Origin: Phaeosaccion multiseriatum
Taxonomy: Eukaryota > Protista > Ochrophyta, other classes
NCBI GenBank assembly: GCA_965112735.1
Contig: OZ218962.1
Span: forward strand, 496,001-560,000
Direction: 5' to 3'
DNA: 64,000 nucleotides
Part shown: positions 1 to 13,258 of the stretch, one piece after another
Layout: each line of letters starts with the position of its first letter
Position numbering within the stretch: position 1 is the stretch's first letter
Notes under the pieces: model-generated
The model's database searches: none
What the model was told of the DNA's origin: nothing
Seen by the model: the letters and a program-made list of their open reading frames with translations, nothing else
Program-made: the position numbers and the translations under genes

Positions 1-342
1 AACTGAGGGGGTAAGGGGAGGGCATTTGTACAGTGGTGTCAGGAGGTGCCTCATAGGTGTCTCAGGAGGAAAGTCAATAGGTGTCAGGTGATGGGTTGGA
101 GGGCATCAATCACTCGTATCAGGTGTCTCATGTTAGGGCCTTCCACCCCTTCCCGCGTGTGCCCATCCACCCGCGTTGCTGCCTTACCCCCACCCCCACT
201 CACTCACGCCCTCCCGTCCTCCCTTCTTGTCGGCCACAGCTGACCTTCCTAGTGGGGTGCGTGCGCACGAACGCGGAGCACCAACCCGGCCACCGCAGGG
301 GAGACAGGGGGCGGACTATGCCCGGTGCGAGAGCATCAGTAT

Positions 343-373
<31 letters not shown>

Positions 374-1273
374 AGCAGCAACAGCAGCTTCGCGGCGGTA
401 CTCGTCTTCTACTTCCTCCTCTTCTGCTTCTCGATCACGGCAGCAGCCCCCCCAGAGAGCTACCACCACCACTCACAGATCGACAACCAATACGCGCAGC
501 AGCAACAGCGGCCACAACAAGAGCAGCTCCACATCCGTGCAAGCTCGAACAGTGAGAGGTAGGACAGAGACAGAGACACAAGAGAGAGAGCGCGCACTTC
601 ACCTTTGCTTGACGTGGCTAATGTGAATGGATCGTCGTGGGAAGTTGTCTTTGTTTTTAGAAATGCATCGTAGATTCCCCTCCCCCACTCCCCCCCTTCC
701 CCTTTACTCCACTTGTTTGTGATTGATGACCCATCCGCTCCTGTATTCGTCGTCTCATCTATACCTACTTACTCGCTTCATTCATTGCTTGACTGTGTGC
801 CCCGCGCTCACTTCACAGGACGAAGAAGCTCGGAGATCGTGCGGCCGTCGGCCATCGCGGATCGCAGCAGAGGGTTCACTCCGCGGAGCCACTCCCCCAT
901 GCAACGGGCGTCGGCAAGGGCGGGTGCGGCCCACTATCCCGTGCATTCCCCCTCTTCATCGGTAGGTAGCTCGAGCGCTACTAGCGCCACCATCAGTTGT
1001 GGTAGGAGGAGGAGAAGGACAGAGGCAGCAGGCGGTGGAACAGGTGGTGGGGGAGTTGGTGATACAGCAGCAGGAGGAGGAGGAGTGATGCAGACGAGGA
1101 GAAGCAGAGTCGGGAGCGGCGGCAGCTCCGTCGGGAGTGGTAGCAGTTCCGTCAGTGGGGGCGACAGGTGGGAGAAGGCTGCGAGAAAGGGAGCAGTTGG
1201 TGATACACGTGGCCGCCCTTCCTCTATTCAGCGCCCTACGCCCACTAAGAGGCAGGGAGGATTACCGGATTAG
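1..1273 (+). CDS. 3' part of an unknown low-complexity (S/R/G-rich) protein gene; exons <1-10, 240-558, 819-1273
   Basis: GG|GTAAGG donor at 11, pyrimidine tract and CAG acceptor at 239, G|GTAGGA donor at 559, CACAG acceptor at 818. Phases join in frame (TEG|LTFLVGC...VR|GRRSSEI...GLPD*). No recognisable domain. Confidence 0.5.
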
Positions 1274-1580
1274 CAGCGCAATACATGTGAAAGCTACACC
1301 TACACACTGTAATGGGTAATAGAATAATAGAGGCAAGACGTACCCCCCTCCGAGAGGAAGAAGAGAGTGCGGCACGATGAAACTCACAACTGGCACCCAT
1401 TCGTAATGAACTGCCACTGGAAACTGACCCTCGTCAGCAGGGACAGAATCAGGGACACCAAAGACAACACAGAGAGAGACAAAGAGAGCACAGAGAGAGA
1501 GAGATGAACTAAGCATATATAGATACAAAGAGAGCGAGAGCGCGTGGAAAGACAAAGAGGGAGAGAGGAGAGAGAAAACG

Positions 1581-3065
1581 ATGTTTGTGTCGGCTGCACG
1601 AGGTTTGTTCCGCCGCCCTGCAGCAGCTGCCTACATTCCCTCGGGAAGGGCTCTGTCCACCGCAGCAGCGCCCAAAGTGGTCGTCTTCGGAGGCAACGGT
1701 TTCGTCGGGCAGCGCGCAGTGAGGTGGGTATGACCCCGCTTGGTCCCTTGTTCCCCCAGCCTCTTCTCACTCTGCTCTTGGCCTCCCTCCAAAAGGTACC
1801 TCTTAAACAAAGGGTGCAGCGTGGTGAGCATCAACAGGTCAGGCCAGCCCAGCGGGAAGGGGGGGGTAGACGGCTGGACAAAGCACCCCAACCTCCAATG
1901 GGTAGCCGCTGATGTATTCGAGCCAGAGACATACGCCAGTGAGCTAACTGGGGCTTCAGGTGCAATTCACGCCATCGGAGCATTCGGCAACAACGACTTC
2001 ATGGAGAAGATCTGTGGAGACAGCTGTGTGGAGGCCGTGGCTGCTGCTCATGAGGCAAAGGTGAGGTACATGGAGGTTTTGGGGTGTTGAGAGAGAGAGA
2101 CACAACAAAGAGACAAACCAGAGAGAGACGGATAGGAAGAGGAGGAGGAGAGAGGCGCACCAAAAGGGAGTCTAGTACGAGCGCTTCCGAGTCAAAGCAG
2201 CGTTCGTGGTTACCTCGTTTCCGCGCGTCTCTCTCCCTGTCTCTCTTGTCGTCGTTCTCTCGCCCTCTTTCTATCTCAGTCCTCCTCCTTCTCTCCCTCT
2301 GTCTGTGTGTGTCTGTCTCTCGTCTCATATGTCTCTCTCCCTGTTTCTCCCTCTGACGCTCTCAATCACTCACGTACACACGCGCAGATCAAGGATTTTG
2401 CCTTCATTTCGGCTGTGGGGTTGAAGAAGGACGGAGAGACTCCCCTCCCCGGGGGGCTGCTCAAGGGGTGAGTGACTCCGACAATGAGCAGCTGAGAGGG
2501 GCAGAGAGGGTCGAGAGCGGTGGGGCGGTGTGCTCAGGCCCGCGGCGCGGGGAGTAGTGAGACGAGGGAGAGGCAGAGTGAGACAGCCCTCGAATTAAGG
2601 CAAAGGACAGTCACAACTTTTGATCCCTTCTTGGCCTCTCTACTGCACATCGTGACTCTCTCTTTCTCTCTCTCTTCCCCTTCCCCCAAAACCCCAACCC
2701 AAACTCTTCTTCCAAAAAGGTACTTTAAGGGCAAGCACAAGGCCGAGGCGGCAGTCATGAACACCTTCGGCCCCGTGCACGGCACCTGCCTGCGCTGCTC
2801 CGGCGTATACGGCGACAGAGAGGTGGGCAGGGGCATCTCGCTTCCTCTCGGACTCGTCATGCGGCCAATGGAAGTGCTGCTGTCCCACGCGCCCTTCAGC
2901 GTGCTGACCGGAGCGAGTGGCGGCCTACTCTCCCCGCCCATCAGCGCGGAGTCGGTGGGCAAGGTAGCGGGGCTAGCAGCGATGGGGAAGCTCCCGCAGA
3001 CGGGCGTGCTGGATTTGGATGACGTTAAGCGCCTGGCCGCCGAGGAGGAGAAGGAGGAGCGGTGA
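1581..3065 (+). CDS. Atypical SDR / NAD(P)-binding epimerase family protein, Coq11 (YLR290C)/NDUFA9-like, probably mitochondrial; exons 1581-1723, 1796-2060, 2388-2467, 2720-3065
   Basis: R/A/S-rich N-terminal presequence, Rossmann motif KVVVFGGNGFVG, VSINRSG, FAFISA, catalytic-type YFKGKHKAE, and SPPISAESVG. Three GT-AG introns with consistent phase. Confidence 0.8.
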
Positions 3066-4459
3066 TGGGTGTCAGGTGTCAGGTGTATTGGTGTGTTGGG
3101 GTAGGCGTGTGGGTGTCGGGACTGGACTGCGAGGGACCGCCACCCCCATGCCTGGGGTTAGCGAGCTGGGGCTTTCGAGAGCTGGACAAACAAGGAGGGC
3201 GGGCGGGGGTGGGTCCTCTTCGTTTGGAGGCCGGTGGGCGGCAGGGAGGGCTGGGAAGGACTGGATGGTTAGACAGGAGACAAGGGGCAAGAGCAAGAGC
3301 AGCGAGGAAGGGTGACTCGTGACACCCGGGCTCGAGGCGGCCGAGCCCGCAGAACCCGCTGTAGCTGAGGAGGAGGTGCGAGGACGTGTGTGGCGGTGTG
3401 TGCTCTCCCTCCCTCCCTGTGGCCCCCCTGTTGCCATTCCTCTACTTGGTCTGTATATATATGTATCTCACAGGGTCGGTCAGTGTGGGGAGAGGGGGAC
3501 GGACGGACGGACGGACGGAGGGAGGGAGGGAGGGAGGCACACGCTGCTTCCTTCATTGCTTAGGTTGCGCCTTTTTTCACGTACGCGCGTGGTAGAGGGC
3601 GATGCCATCGACTGCCATCGACTGCCATCGACTGCTACAGTGCCATGAGACAGGCGCAGAGAGGGAGTAAGTCTCCGTCTATTGTCCACTTGGCAGGCAG
3701 AAATTTTGATCATTATTTTATATATTTTTTTATACTGAAGTAGAAGAGAAAAACTTCCTCAGGAGTGAGTGGTTGCGCGCGTGAGCGAGTGGGAATTCAT
3801 GAGTCCGTGGTGCGTGGGTGGGTATGTGCGTGTGTGCGTGAGAGTGAGTAGGTGTGTGCGTGCGTGCGTGCGTGCGTGCGTGCGTGTGTGCGTGAGTGTG
3901 TGGGTAAGTCAAATCCAATACACTAACTGCATCCATAGCTTCCCTTGGTCACGCTTGTCACCCGCCCGATCACCCCAGAGTCTCCTAGCTGCTTGTCGCC
4001 GTCTCCGGCAACCAACCAAGCCCAGCACAGAGCGGCACCTCCTCTCGGTGATGCCTCCATGGATTCCGAAGCTGAGCAGTGACCCAGACGGACGGACGAA
4101 GCATCATATTGAGGGGTCTGCGCGTGGTGAATCTAATGCGGAGAGTGGGATGCCACTGCTGGAGAGGCCCGGAGGCATGCAGAGCGAGACGTTGGAGGGC
4201 ATGGCCGAGGAAATGCGCTGACCCAGAGGGCTGTGTCTGAGAGAGGTGCGAGGGCAGAAGCACGAGTAGCGAGGACGAAGCATCGTTCGCAAGAGGATTG
4301 AGGGCGCGCGCGTGAGCGTGGTGGCGGGAGAGCACCCAGCGTCGCGAGCTGTGAGAAGAAGGCGGTGCTCCTTTCAGGGCGAGGGGCGCTCGGAACGGAG
4401 TCTAGCAGTGGAGCGCCGTGAGGCATCCTCCAGGGCAAGGAGGGAGACGGGGTGAGGTG

Positions 4460-4800
4460 TATATTGGAGCTTATGAGCTCAGAGTAAGATGAGAGAAGTG
4501 GGGGGGGTGGATCCAAAGAAGGGGGGTGAAGCTCGACTGCTTTGAGGCGCACGCGCACACACACATAAAAGGTAGTGAGGTTAGGGACGTGACGTTGCTC
4601 TCGCGCATTGATAACACAGAAAAGCAGCGTGTCATCATCAGAGAGTGCGGGTTACGCTCTGTATTGAGGCTACAAGCGCTCCGTACTCCGTGCTGTTGAG
4701 GGTGCTGTGAGCCACAAGGGCGCCCTACAGATCGGAGTGTGAGTATAAGTTTGTTGGCGCCCCCCCCTCGGGGAATCTCTAGCTGCCAGGAGAGAGAAGT
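4460..4800 (+). repeat. Duplicated upstream (promoter-region) block of the ankyrin unit; other copies at ~9131-9450, ~12174-12500, ~16477-16790
   Basis: Shared sequence from ATTGGAGCT(T/C)ATGAGCTC through CTACAGATCGGAGTGTGAGT is visible in all four copies. Confidence 0.85.
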
Positions 4801-4912
4801 TGTTGTTTTCAGTAGCAAGCGCGATGGTGGCGGCGCAGCGTGAATACCGTCCCTGAGGGCCTCCTGCTGCTAGCCCTGCTACAGGCTTTCTTTCGTCTCT
4901 CGCCGCGCCAGC

Positions 4913-7900
4913 ATGGCCCAGAGCAGCGCAGGACCCCCCCCTCGAGTGAGCGGAGAGGTACGTTTATAGAAGGGAGGGCGGAGCGGAGACAGCTACTATT
5001 GGAAGCGCTTGGTATCGCCGCACTGTTTGTTGAACCGGAGTGTATTCGACGTTGGCAATGCGCGTTATCTTCCCTCTGCCGCATCTTCTCCACTCCATCC
5101 CTGTGGCTGGCAAAGGGCTCGCCCTTAAGCGGGTCTCCTCCCGAGAGCAGTGACTCACCACCCCTCTGGTTTTACGGTCTTTTTGCCTTCCCTGATTCTC
5201 TCCTTCTTCGGCCGATACAAGGCCACGCGCCTCTACAGGGCCATCACTGGGGGGGAAAGCATCAAGAATGTCAAGCGAGCCATCAGCGCCCTCGTCGCTG
5301 AAGAGGGGGGAAGGAAGGCTTGCCTCGACGCCGCGATTGGTGCTGAGGGGTACACTCCAATGACAGCAGCGGCGTTGGGGGGTAGAGCAGACATTGTGGG
5401 GCTTCTATTGGGGGAAGGGGCATCTCCAAACCACGAAGCGATGACTTCTGACGATTGCACACCATTGATAGGGGCTTGCGCACGTGGCCATCTGAACGTC
5501 GTGCAGATACTGATTGAGGCCGGTGCGGATTTGGATCAACCAATTGATAAAGGGACGGCCATGGCTGCAGCTTCAGTCGATGGGCACACAGAAGTCGTCA
5601 GAGCTTTGATCGCGGGGGGCGCCGATGTGAATCGAGCCACGAACAACGGAACTACACCTCTGAGCTTAGCTTCACGGGGCAATTATGAGGGGATTGTGAG
5701 GCTCCTTCTTGCGGCCAATGCGAATGTGAACAAGGCCGCCAACGACGGAAGTACACCACTGGTAATGGCGTCGGTGTACGGTCATGAGGAGGTGGTGAAA
5801 CTGCTCCTCGCGGCCAATGCGAATGTGAACAAGGCCACCAACGACGGAAGTACACCACTGGTGATGGCGTCACTGGACGGTCATGAGGAGGTGGCAAAGT
5901 TGCTTCTTGCCAGCAACGCAGATGTGAACCAACTGAGAAACAGCGGAGCTTCGCCACTTCTTCTGGCTAGCGACAAAGGGCATACAGGGATAGCGAGGCG
6001 GCTACTCGCAGCTGGTGCCGAAGTTGATCCTGTGAGTGCTATGGGAATAACACCTCTCATGGCGGCCGCGCGGCAGGGACACAGTGAGGTATTACGTGAG
6101 CTCATCTCAGCAGGGGCAGACGTGGATACTCATGGCCCGGAGGGCATTACTGCTCTCATATTTGCAGTGGTTAGCGGACACGCTGAGGTGCTGCGTGAGC
6201 TCGTATCGGCAGCGGCAGACTTGGATCGACATGACAACCTCGGCCGTACTGCTCTGCACTACGCTGCCCGCGCCGGACATGGGCATGCCCTGCACATCCT
6301 GCTCACGGCCGGGGCTGAGGTGGATGCAGCCAATGATATGGGGACTACTGCGCTCATATTGGCTGCGCTTAATGGAAACGCTGAGGTGCTGCGTGAGCTC
6401 ATCTCAGCAGGGGCAGACGTGGATCGACATGACGCGGAGGGGGATACTGCTCTGCACTACGCTGCTGAAGCCGGACATGGGCATGCCCTGCACATCCTGC
6501 TCAAGGCCGGGGCTGAGGTGGATGCAGCCAATGATAAGGGGACTACTGCTCTCATGGAGGCAGCGCAACATGGACACACCGAGGTGCTGCGTGAGCTCCT
6601 ATCGGCAGGGGCAGACGTGGATCGACGTGACGCGGAGGGGGATACTGCTCTGCGCTACGCTGCTAGCGCCGGACATGGGCATGCCCTGCACATCCTGCTC
6701 ACGGCCGGGGCTGAGGTGGATGCGGCCAATGATAAGGGGGGTACTGCTCTCATGACGGCAGCACACCACGGACACGCTGAGGTGTTGCTTGAGCTCCTAT
6801 CGGCAGGGGCAGACGTGGATCGACATGACGCGGAGGGGTTTACTGCTCTCATGATGGCCACAGAGAGGGGATACGCTGAGGCTCGGTGTGAGCTCGTATC
6901 GGCAGGGGCAGACGTGGATCGACATGACGCGGAGGGGGATATTGCTCTGCGCTACGCTGCTGAAGCCGGACATGGGCATGCCCTGAACATCCTGCTCACG
7001 GCCGGGGCTGAGGTGGATGCAGCCAATGATGAGGGGACTACTGCTCTCATGATGGCAGCGCAACATGGACACACCGAGGTGCTGCGTCAGCTCCTATCGG
7101 CAGGGGCAGACGTGGATCGACGTGACGCGGAGGGGGATACTGCTCTGCACTACGCTGCTGAAGTCGGACATGGGCATGCCCTGCACATCCTGCTAGAGGC
7201 CAGGGCTGCGGTGGATGCAGCCAATGATAAGGGGCTTACTGCTCTCATGATGGCAGCGGGCCGTGGACACGCTGAGGTGATGCGTGAGCTCGTGTCGGCA
7301 GGAGCAGACGTGGATCGACATGACGCGAAGGGGGATACTGCTCTGCGCTACGCTGCTGAAGCCGGACATGGGCATGCCCTGCACATCCTGCTCACGGCCG
7401 GGGCTGAGGTGGATGCAGCCAATGATATGGGGACTACTGCTCTCATGGAGGCAGCGCAACATGGACACGCTGAGGTGCTGCGTCAGCTCCTATCGGCAGG
7501 GGCAGACGTGGACCGACGTGACGCGGAGGGGGATACTGCTCTCATGATGGCAGCGATTAATGGATACGCTGAGGCTCTGCGTGAGCTCCTATCGGCAGGG
7601 GCAGACGTTGATCGACATGACGTGAACGAGACTACTGCTCTGCACTACGCTGCTAGAGTCGGACATGGGCATGCCCTGCACATCCTGCTCACGGCCGGGG
7701 CTGAGGTGGATATCGAGGATGACATCGGAAGAACTCCCCTCCTCTACGCAGCATACCACAATCGTGGAGGGGCGATGCACGAGCTTCTCTGCGCAGGGGC
7801 GTCTGTGGGCAAGGCTCTGACTGCTGCTCGAGAGCTTGGTGTCCTGCGAGAGGTCCGTGATCGTCTTCTGATGGCAGACAAGCGATGCTTTGACTCCCAG

Positions 7901-8062
7901 AGCCCTGCGGACATTATGCGGACGTGCGACTCGACCTTCGGCAAGGAGAGGGGCCTACCGCCGCAGGAGAGGGGAGTGTCTTCCGTCAATGTGCTGGAAG
8001 TGGCTGCAGGCATGCGTGGAGCCGACGACGCTTCCAGGTGGGCGAAGCAAGACACGCATTGA
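4913..8062 (+). CDS. Ankyrin-repeat protein, array copy 1 (~961 aa, 25 ANK repeats plus conserved C-terminal tail); exons 4913-4957, 5222-8062
   Basis: Exon 1 MAQSSAGPPPRVSGE|GTACGT; branch-like TGACTCAC at ~5151, pyrimidine tract, AAG acceptor at 5221; exon 2 is in frame with the long ANK ORF (GxTA/PLxxAAxxGH repeats). Confidence 0.88.
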
Positions 8063-8908
8063 AAAGGGGAGAGAGATCACGGCCTCGAAGCGAGCGAGGA
8101 GGGGGGTGTGGGGGGGGGGGGGGTTGGAGTGCACACTCGCCAGTGGGACTGTGGATGCAAGCGTCGGATGGAATAGATTAGTTGGAGCACCAGCCACGGA
8201 CAGGCGGGCAGCGACACAGACAGATGGAAGTGTGGAGAAGGTGGCGGAATGAGAACGAGGCCAGCGATGGAGCAGCAGCACGGCACGACGGGGGAAGGTG
8301 GGATGGCACTGTGTGGCTAAAGAGAGTGCACCACAGGGCAAGGAGAGACAAGCGCATCGAACGCCTTCGCATTCACCGCAGCCGACGGGGGGAGCAGCAG
8401 CCCTCTTTACTGCAGCTGGTGGTACTTGGTGTAGCCAAAGGGAACGGAGGATAGCATGGTGTGGGGTACACGGGAAAGGGAGAAAGAAGCCAACCCGTTT
8501 GATGAGGGAGTGGCTTAGATGTGCAGGCATCGGCAGGGCGGGATGCAGCCGCACTCTCGGCAAGAGAAAGCGGCCGTGGGTAGTACATGAAGCAGGGGAG
8601 AGGGAGAGCAATGTTTAGTATGCATGGTGTGAGAGGGTAGTAGAGGGTGCGAAAAGGTGGCCCCGCGTGAGCTCTGCCCACCAGGCATCGGGGACGATAA
8701 ATGTACTCACTGTCAGGGTACTTTGCTGGCAATTTAGCCCCCACCCCACTCTCGCAGCGCGTCCGCTATGAAAGAAGGAACCAACTCCCTTGGCAACTCA
8801 TCCACACCCTCTTTCTCGACTCTGTGTGCCTTCGAGGCCTGCATCCTCCATCCGAGGGCTCGTCATCCACAAGAGAGACAAGGCCGGAGTTTGAGTATAC
8901 ATTTCTTG
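8063..8908 (+). repeat. Duplicated downstream block of the ankyrin unit; near-complete copy at ~11134-11958, short remnants after copies 4 and 5
   Basis: Direct sequence similarity ending at GGAGTTTGAGTATACATTTCTTGG in both copies. Confidence 0.85.
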
Positions 8909-9564
8909 GGGAGGGGGGGGGGGGGGGATGGCTCGGGGAGGAGGTGGAGGGTGCACCCACTCTATGGCAATGATATAGTGTCTCTGCGTTTTACTTTTCT
9001 CCCCCAATGTCGACTCCATCGATGCTAAATGTCGAGCTGCCCTCCACTTCCCTACTCGTGCCTCATCAAGCGCAATCACTAGGTTAGGCGGCCTGCGCAG
9101 ACGTCCTCTCCTCCTGTCTTGTCACTGCCCTATTGGAGCTTATGAGCTCGGGGTAAGATGAGTGTAGTTGAGGGGGAGGGAAATAAAGAAGGGGTGTGAA
9201 GCTCGACTGCTGTGAGGCGCACGCGCACACACACGAAAGGTAGTTAGGTTAGGGACGTGACGTTGCTCTCGCGCATCGATAATACAGAAAAGCAGCGTGT
9301 CATCATCAGAGAGTGCGGGTTGCGTACTCCGTGTTGTTGAGGGTGCTGTGAGTCACAAGGACGCCCTACAGATCGGAGTGTGAGTACAAGTTTGTTGGCA
9401 CCAGCCCCCTCCGCCCCCGGGGGAATCTCTAGCTGCCGGGAGAGAGAAGGTGGAGTTGTTTCAGCAGCAAGCGCGATGGTGGCGGTGCAGAGTGAATACC
9501 GTCTCTGAGGGCCTCTTGCGGCCAGCCCTGCTACAGGCTTTCTTTCGTCTCTCGGTGCGCCAGC

Positions 9565-11133
9565 ATGGCCCAGAGCAGCGGAGGACCCCCCCCTCGAGTG
9601 AGCGGAGAGGTACGTTTATAGAAGGGAGGGCGGAGACGGGGCAGCTACCATTGAAAGCGCTTGGTATCGCCGCACTGTTTGTCGAACCGGAGTGCATTCG
9701 ACGACTTTGGCAATGTGCGTCATCTTCCTTCTACCGCTTCTTCTCCACTCCATCCCTCTGGCTGGGAAAGGGCTCGCACTTAAGCGGCTCGCCTCCCGAG
9801 AGCAGTGACTCACCGCCCCTCTAAATCCCCAACCTTTTCCTCCCCCCTCGCTCTCTCCTCTCTCGGCTGACACAAGGCCAAGCGCCTCTATGACTCCATC
9901 AGCGGGAGGAAGACTATCAAGAACGTCAAACGAGCCATCAGCGCCCTTGTCGCCAAAGAGGGGGGAAGGAAGGCTTGCCTCGACGCCCCGATTTGTGCTG
10001 ACGGGCACACTCCAATGACTGCAGCGGCGACGATGGGTAGAGCAGACATCGTGGGGCTTCTATTGGGGGAAGGAGCATCTCCAAACCACAAAGCGGTGAC
10101 TCCTAACATCGTCACACCATTGATGGGGGCTTGTTCATGTGGCCATCTGAACGTCGTGCAGATACTGATGGAGGCCGGTGCTGATTTAGACCAAGCAGGT
10201 GACATGGGGACGGCCTTGAGTGTGGCCTCAGCCGATGGTCACACAGAAGTCGTCAGAGCTTTGATCGCGGGGGGCGCCGATGTGAATCGAGCCAACAACG
10301 ACGGGGCTACACCTCTGTTTACGGCGTCACTGTACGGTCATGAGGAGGTGGCGAAGTTGTTTCTTGCCAGCAACGCAGATGTGAACCACCTGAGCAGCGC
10401 CGGAGCTTCGTCACTTCATGTGGCCAGCAGCCGAGGGCATGCAGGGATAGCGAGGCGGCTACTCGCAGCTGGTGCCGAGGTGCATGCAGCTGATGATGAC
10501 GGAATGACACCTCTCATGGTGGCCGCGGGGCTGGGACACAGTGGGGTATTACGTGAGCTCATCTCAGCAGGGGCAGACGTGGATCGACATGACGCGGAGG
10601 GGACTACTGCTCTCATGGCGGCAGCGCAACACGGACACGCTGACGTGCTGCGTGATCTCGTATCGGCAGGGGTGGATGTGGGCCGAACTGACAACCACGG
10701 CCTTACTGCTCTGCACTATGCTGCGAGGGACGGACATGGGCTTATGCTGCACCTCCTGCTCGGGGCGCGGGCTGAGGTGGATAGCGAGGATGACATCGGA
10801 AGAACTCCCCTCCTCTTCGCAGCACACAAGAATCATGGAGGGGCGATGTACGAGCTTCTCTGCGCAGGGGCGTCTGTGGGCAAGGCTCTGACTGCTGCTC
10901 GAGAGTTCGGTGTCCTGCAAGAGGTCCGTGATCGTCTTCTGATGGCAGACAAGCGATGCTTTGACTCCCAAAGCCCTGCGGATATGATGCGGACGTGCGA
11001 CTCGACCTTCGGCAAGGAGAGGGGCCTACCGCCGCAGGAGAGGGGCGTGTCTTCCGACAACGTGCTGGAAGTGGCCGCAGGCATGCGCGGAGCCGACGAC
11101 GCTTTCTGGCGAGCAAAGCAAGACACGCAGTGA
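9565..11133 (+). CDS. Ankyrin-repeat protein, array copy 2 (~433 aa, 9 ANK repeats); exons 9565-9609, 9877-11133
   Basis: Same exon 1 (MAQSSGGPPPRVSGE|GTACGT) and same acceptor (CACAAG|GCC) as copy 1; open frame into the ORF at 10015. Confidence 0.85.
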
Positions 11134-12016
11134 AAAGGGGAGAGCAATCATGGCATAGAAGCGAGCGAGGAGGGGGATGTGGGGGGGGGGGGTTGGAGTG
11201 CACACTCGCCAGTGGGACTGTGAGTGCAAGCGTCGGATCGAAGAGATTAGTTGGAGCACCAGTCATGGACAGGCGAGCAGCGACACAGACAGACGGAAGT
11301 GAGGATGGCGGAATGAGAATGAGGCCAGTGATGGAGCAGCAGCACGGCACGACGGGGGAAGGTGGGATGGCACTGTGTGGCTAAGGAAAGGGGAGCGCAG
11401 GGCCAGGAAGGGCGAGCGCATCAAACGCCTTCGCATTCACCGCAGCCGACTGGGGGGGGCAGCGGCTCTCTTCCCTGCAGCTGGTGGCACTTGGTGCAGC
11501 AAAAGGGTACGGAGGATAGCATGGTGTGGGGTATCCAGAAGCCAACCCGTTTGATGAGGGAGTGGCTTTGATGTGCAGGCATCGGCAGGGCGGGATGCAG
11601 CCGCACTCCCGGCAAGAGAAAGCGGCCGTGGGTAGTACATGAAGCAGGGAGAGGGAGAGGAATGTTCGGTATGCATGGTGTGAGAGGATAGCAGAGGGTG
11701 CGGAAAGTTGGCTCCGCGTGAGCTCTGCCCACCAGGCATCGGGGACGATAAATGTACTCACTGTCAGGGTACTTTGCTGGCAATTTAGCCCCCACCCCTA
11801 CTCTCGCAGCGCGTCCGCTATGAAAGAAGGAACCAACTCCCTTGACAACTCATTCACCCTCTTTTTCGACTCTGTGTGCCTTCGTAGCCTGCATCCTCCA
11901 CCCGAGGGCTGTCATCCACAAGAGAGACAAGGCCGGAGTTTGAGTATACATTTCTTGGCATAGGAAGTTGCCGCGCTCCGGGCGGGTGGAGCGGGAGTGG
12001 CATGGCTCGGGAGGGT

Positions 12017-12071
<55 letters not shown>

Positions 12072-12618
12072 ATATAGCTGCCCTGCCTGCGCTAGCTTCC
12101 CTAAATCTTAGAAGGGAAGAGGGGCAGCAACACACAAGACAGGCTCGTCTCTCCTCCTGTCTTGTCACTGCCCTATTGGAGCTCATGAGCTCGGAGTAGG
12201 ATGAATGTATTTGAGGGGGCGGATCCAAAGAAGGGGGGTGAAGCTCGACTGCTTTGAGGCGCAGGTAGTTAGGTTAGGGACGTGATGTTGCTCTCTCGCA
12301 CGGGTACAATGGATAATACAGAAAAGCAGAGTGTCATTTTCATGAGAGTGCGGGTTGCGCTCTGCATTGAGGCTACAAGCGCTCCGTACTCCGTGTTGTT
12401 GAGGGTGCTGTGAGCCACAAGGGCGCCCTACAGATCGGAGTGTGAGTATAAGTTTATTGGCACCCCCCCGGGGGAATCTCTAGCTGCCAGGAGAGAGAAA
12501 GTGGCGTTGTTTCAGTAGCAACAAGCGCGATGGTGGCGGTGCAGAGTGAATACCGTCCCTGAGGGCCTCCCGCTGCTAGCCCTGCCACAGGCTTTCTTTC
12601 GTCTCTCGGTGCGCCAGC

Positions 12619-13258
12619 ATGGCCCAGAGCAGCGGAGGACCCCCCCCTCGAGTGAGCGGAGAAGGTATGTTTACAGAAGGGAGGGCGGAGCGGAGGCAGC
12701 TTCTATTGGAAGCGCTTGGTATCGCCGCACTGTTTGTTGAACCGGAGTGCATTCGAAGACTTTGGCAATCGGTGTTATCTTCCCTCTGCCGCTTCTTCTC
12801 CGTTCCATCCCCCTTGGCTGGCAAAGGGCTCGCTCTTAAGCGGCTCGCCTCCCGAGAGCAGTGACTCACCGCCCCTCTGGTGCTCCGGCTCTTCAACCCC
12901 CCCTCGCTCTCTCCTTCCTCGGCCGACCCAAGGCCACGCGCCTCTATGACGCCATCCGCGGGAGGAAGACTATCAAGAACGTCAAACTAGCCATCAGCGC
13001 CCTTGTCGCCAAAGAGGGGGGAAGGAAGGCTTGCCTTGACGCCGCGATTTGTGCCGACGGGCACACCCCAATGACAGCAGCGGCGATGAAGGGTAGAGCA
13101 GACATCGTGGGGCTTCTATTGGGGGAAGGGGTATCTCCAAACCTCAAAGCGATTACTCCTGAGGTCCGATTTGAGCGTTGTGCAGATACTGATGGTGGCC
13201 GGTGCTGATTTCGATCAAAGCAACGATTGGCACGGGGACGGCCTTGAGTGCAGCTTCA
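12619..13258 (+). pseudogene. Ankyrin-repeat array copy 3, pseudogene
   Basis: An extra A before the exon 1 donor (GAGAAG|GTATGT) shifts the phase; deletion/frameshift in repeat 2; homology stops at ~13258 within repeat 3. Confidence 0.8.

Noticed and set aside
5150-5221. ORF-track starts for the ANK genes (5150, 10015, 14278, 17214)
   Set aside because: Three are non-ATG starts inside the intron and one is an internal ATG; short upstream ATG exons splice in frame.
7955-8973. ORFs in the duplicated downstream block
   Set aside because: Frames are not preserved between the two copies (indels) and show no protein-like motifs.
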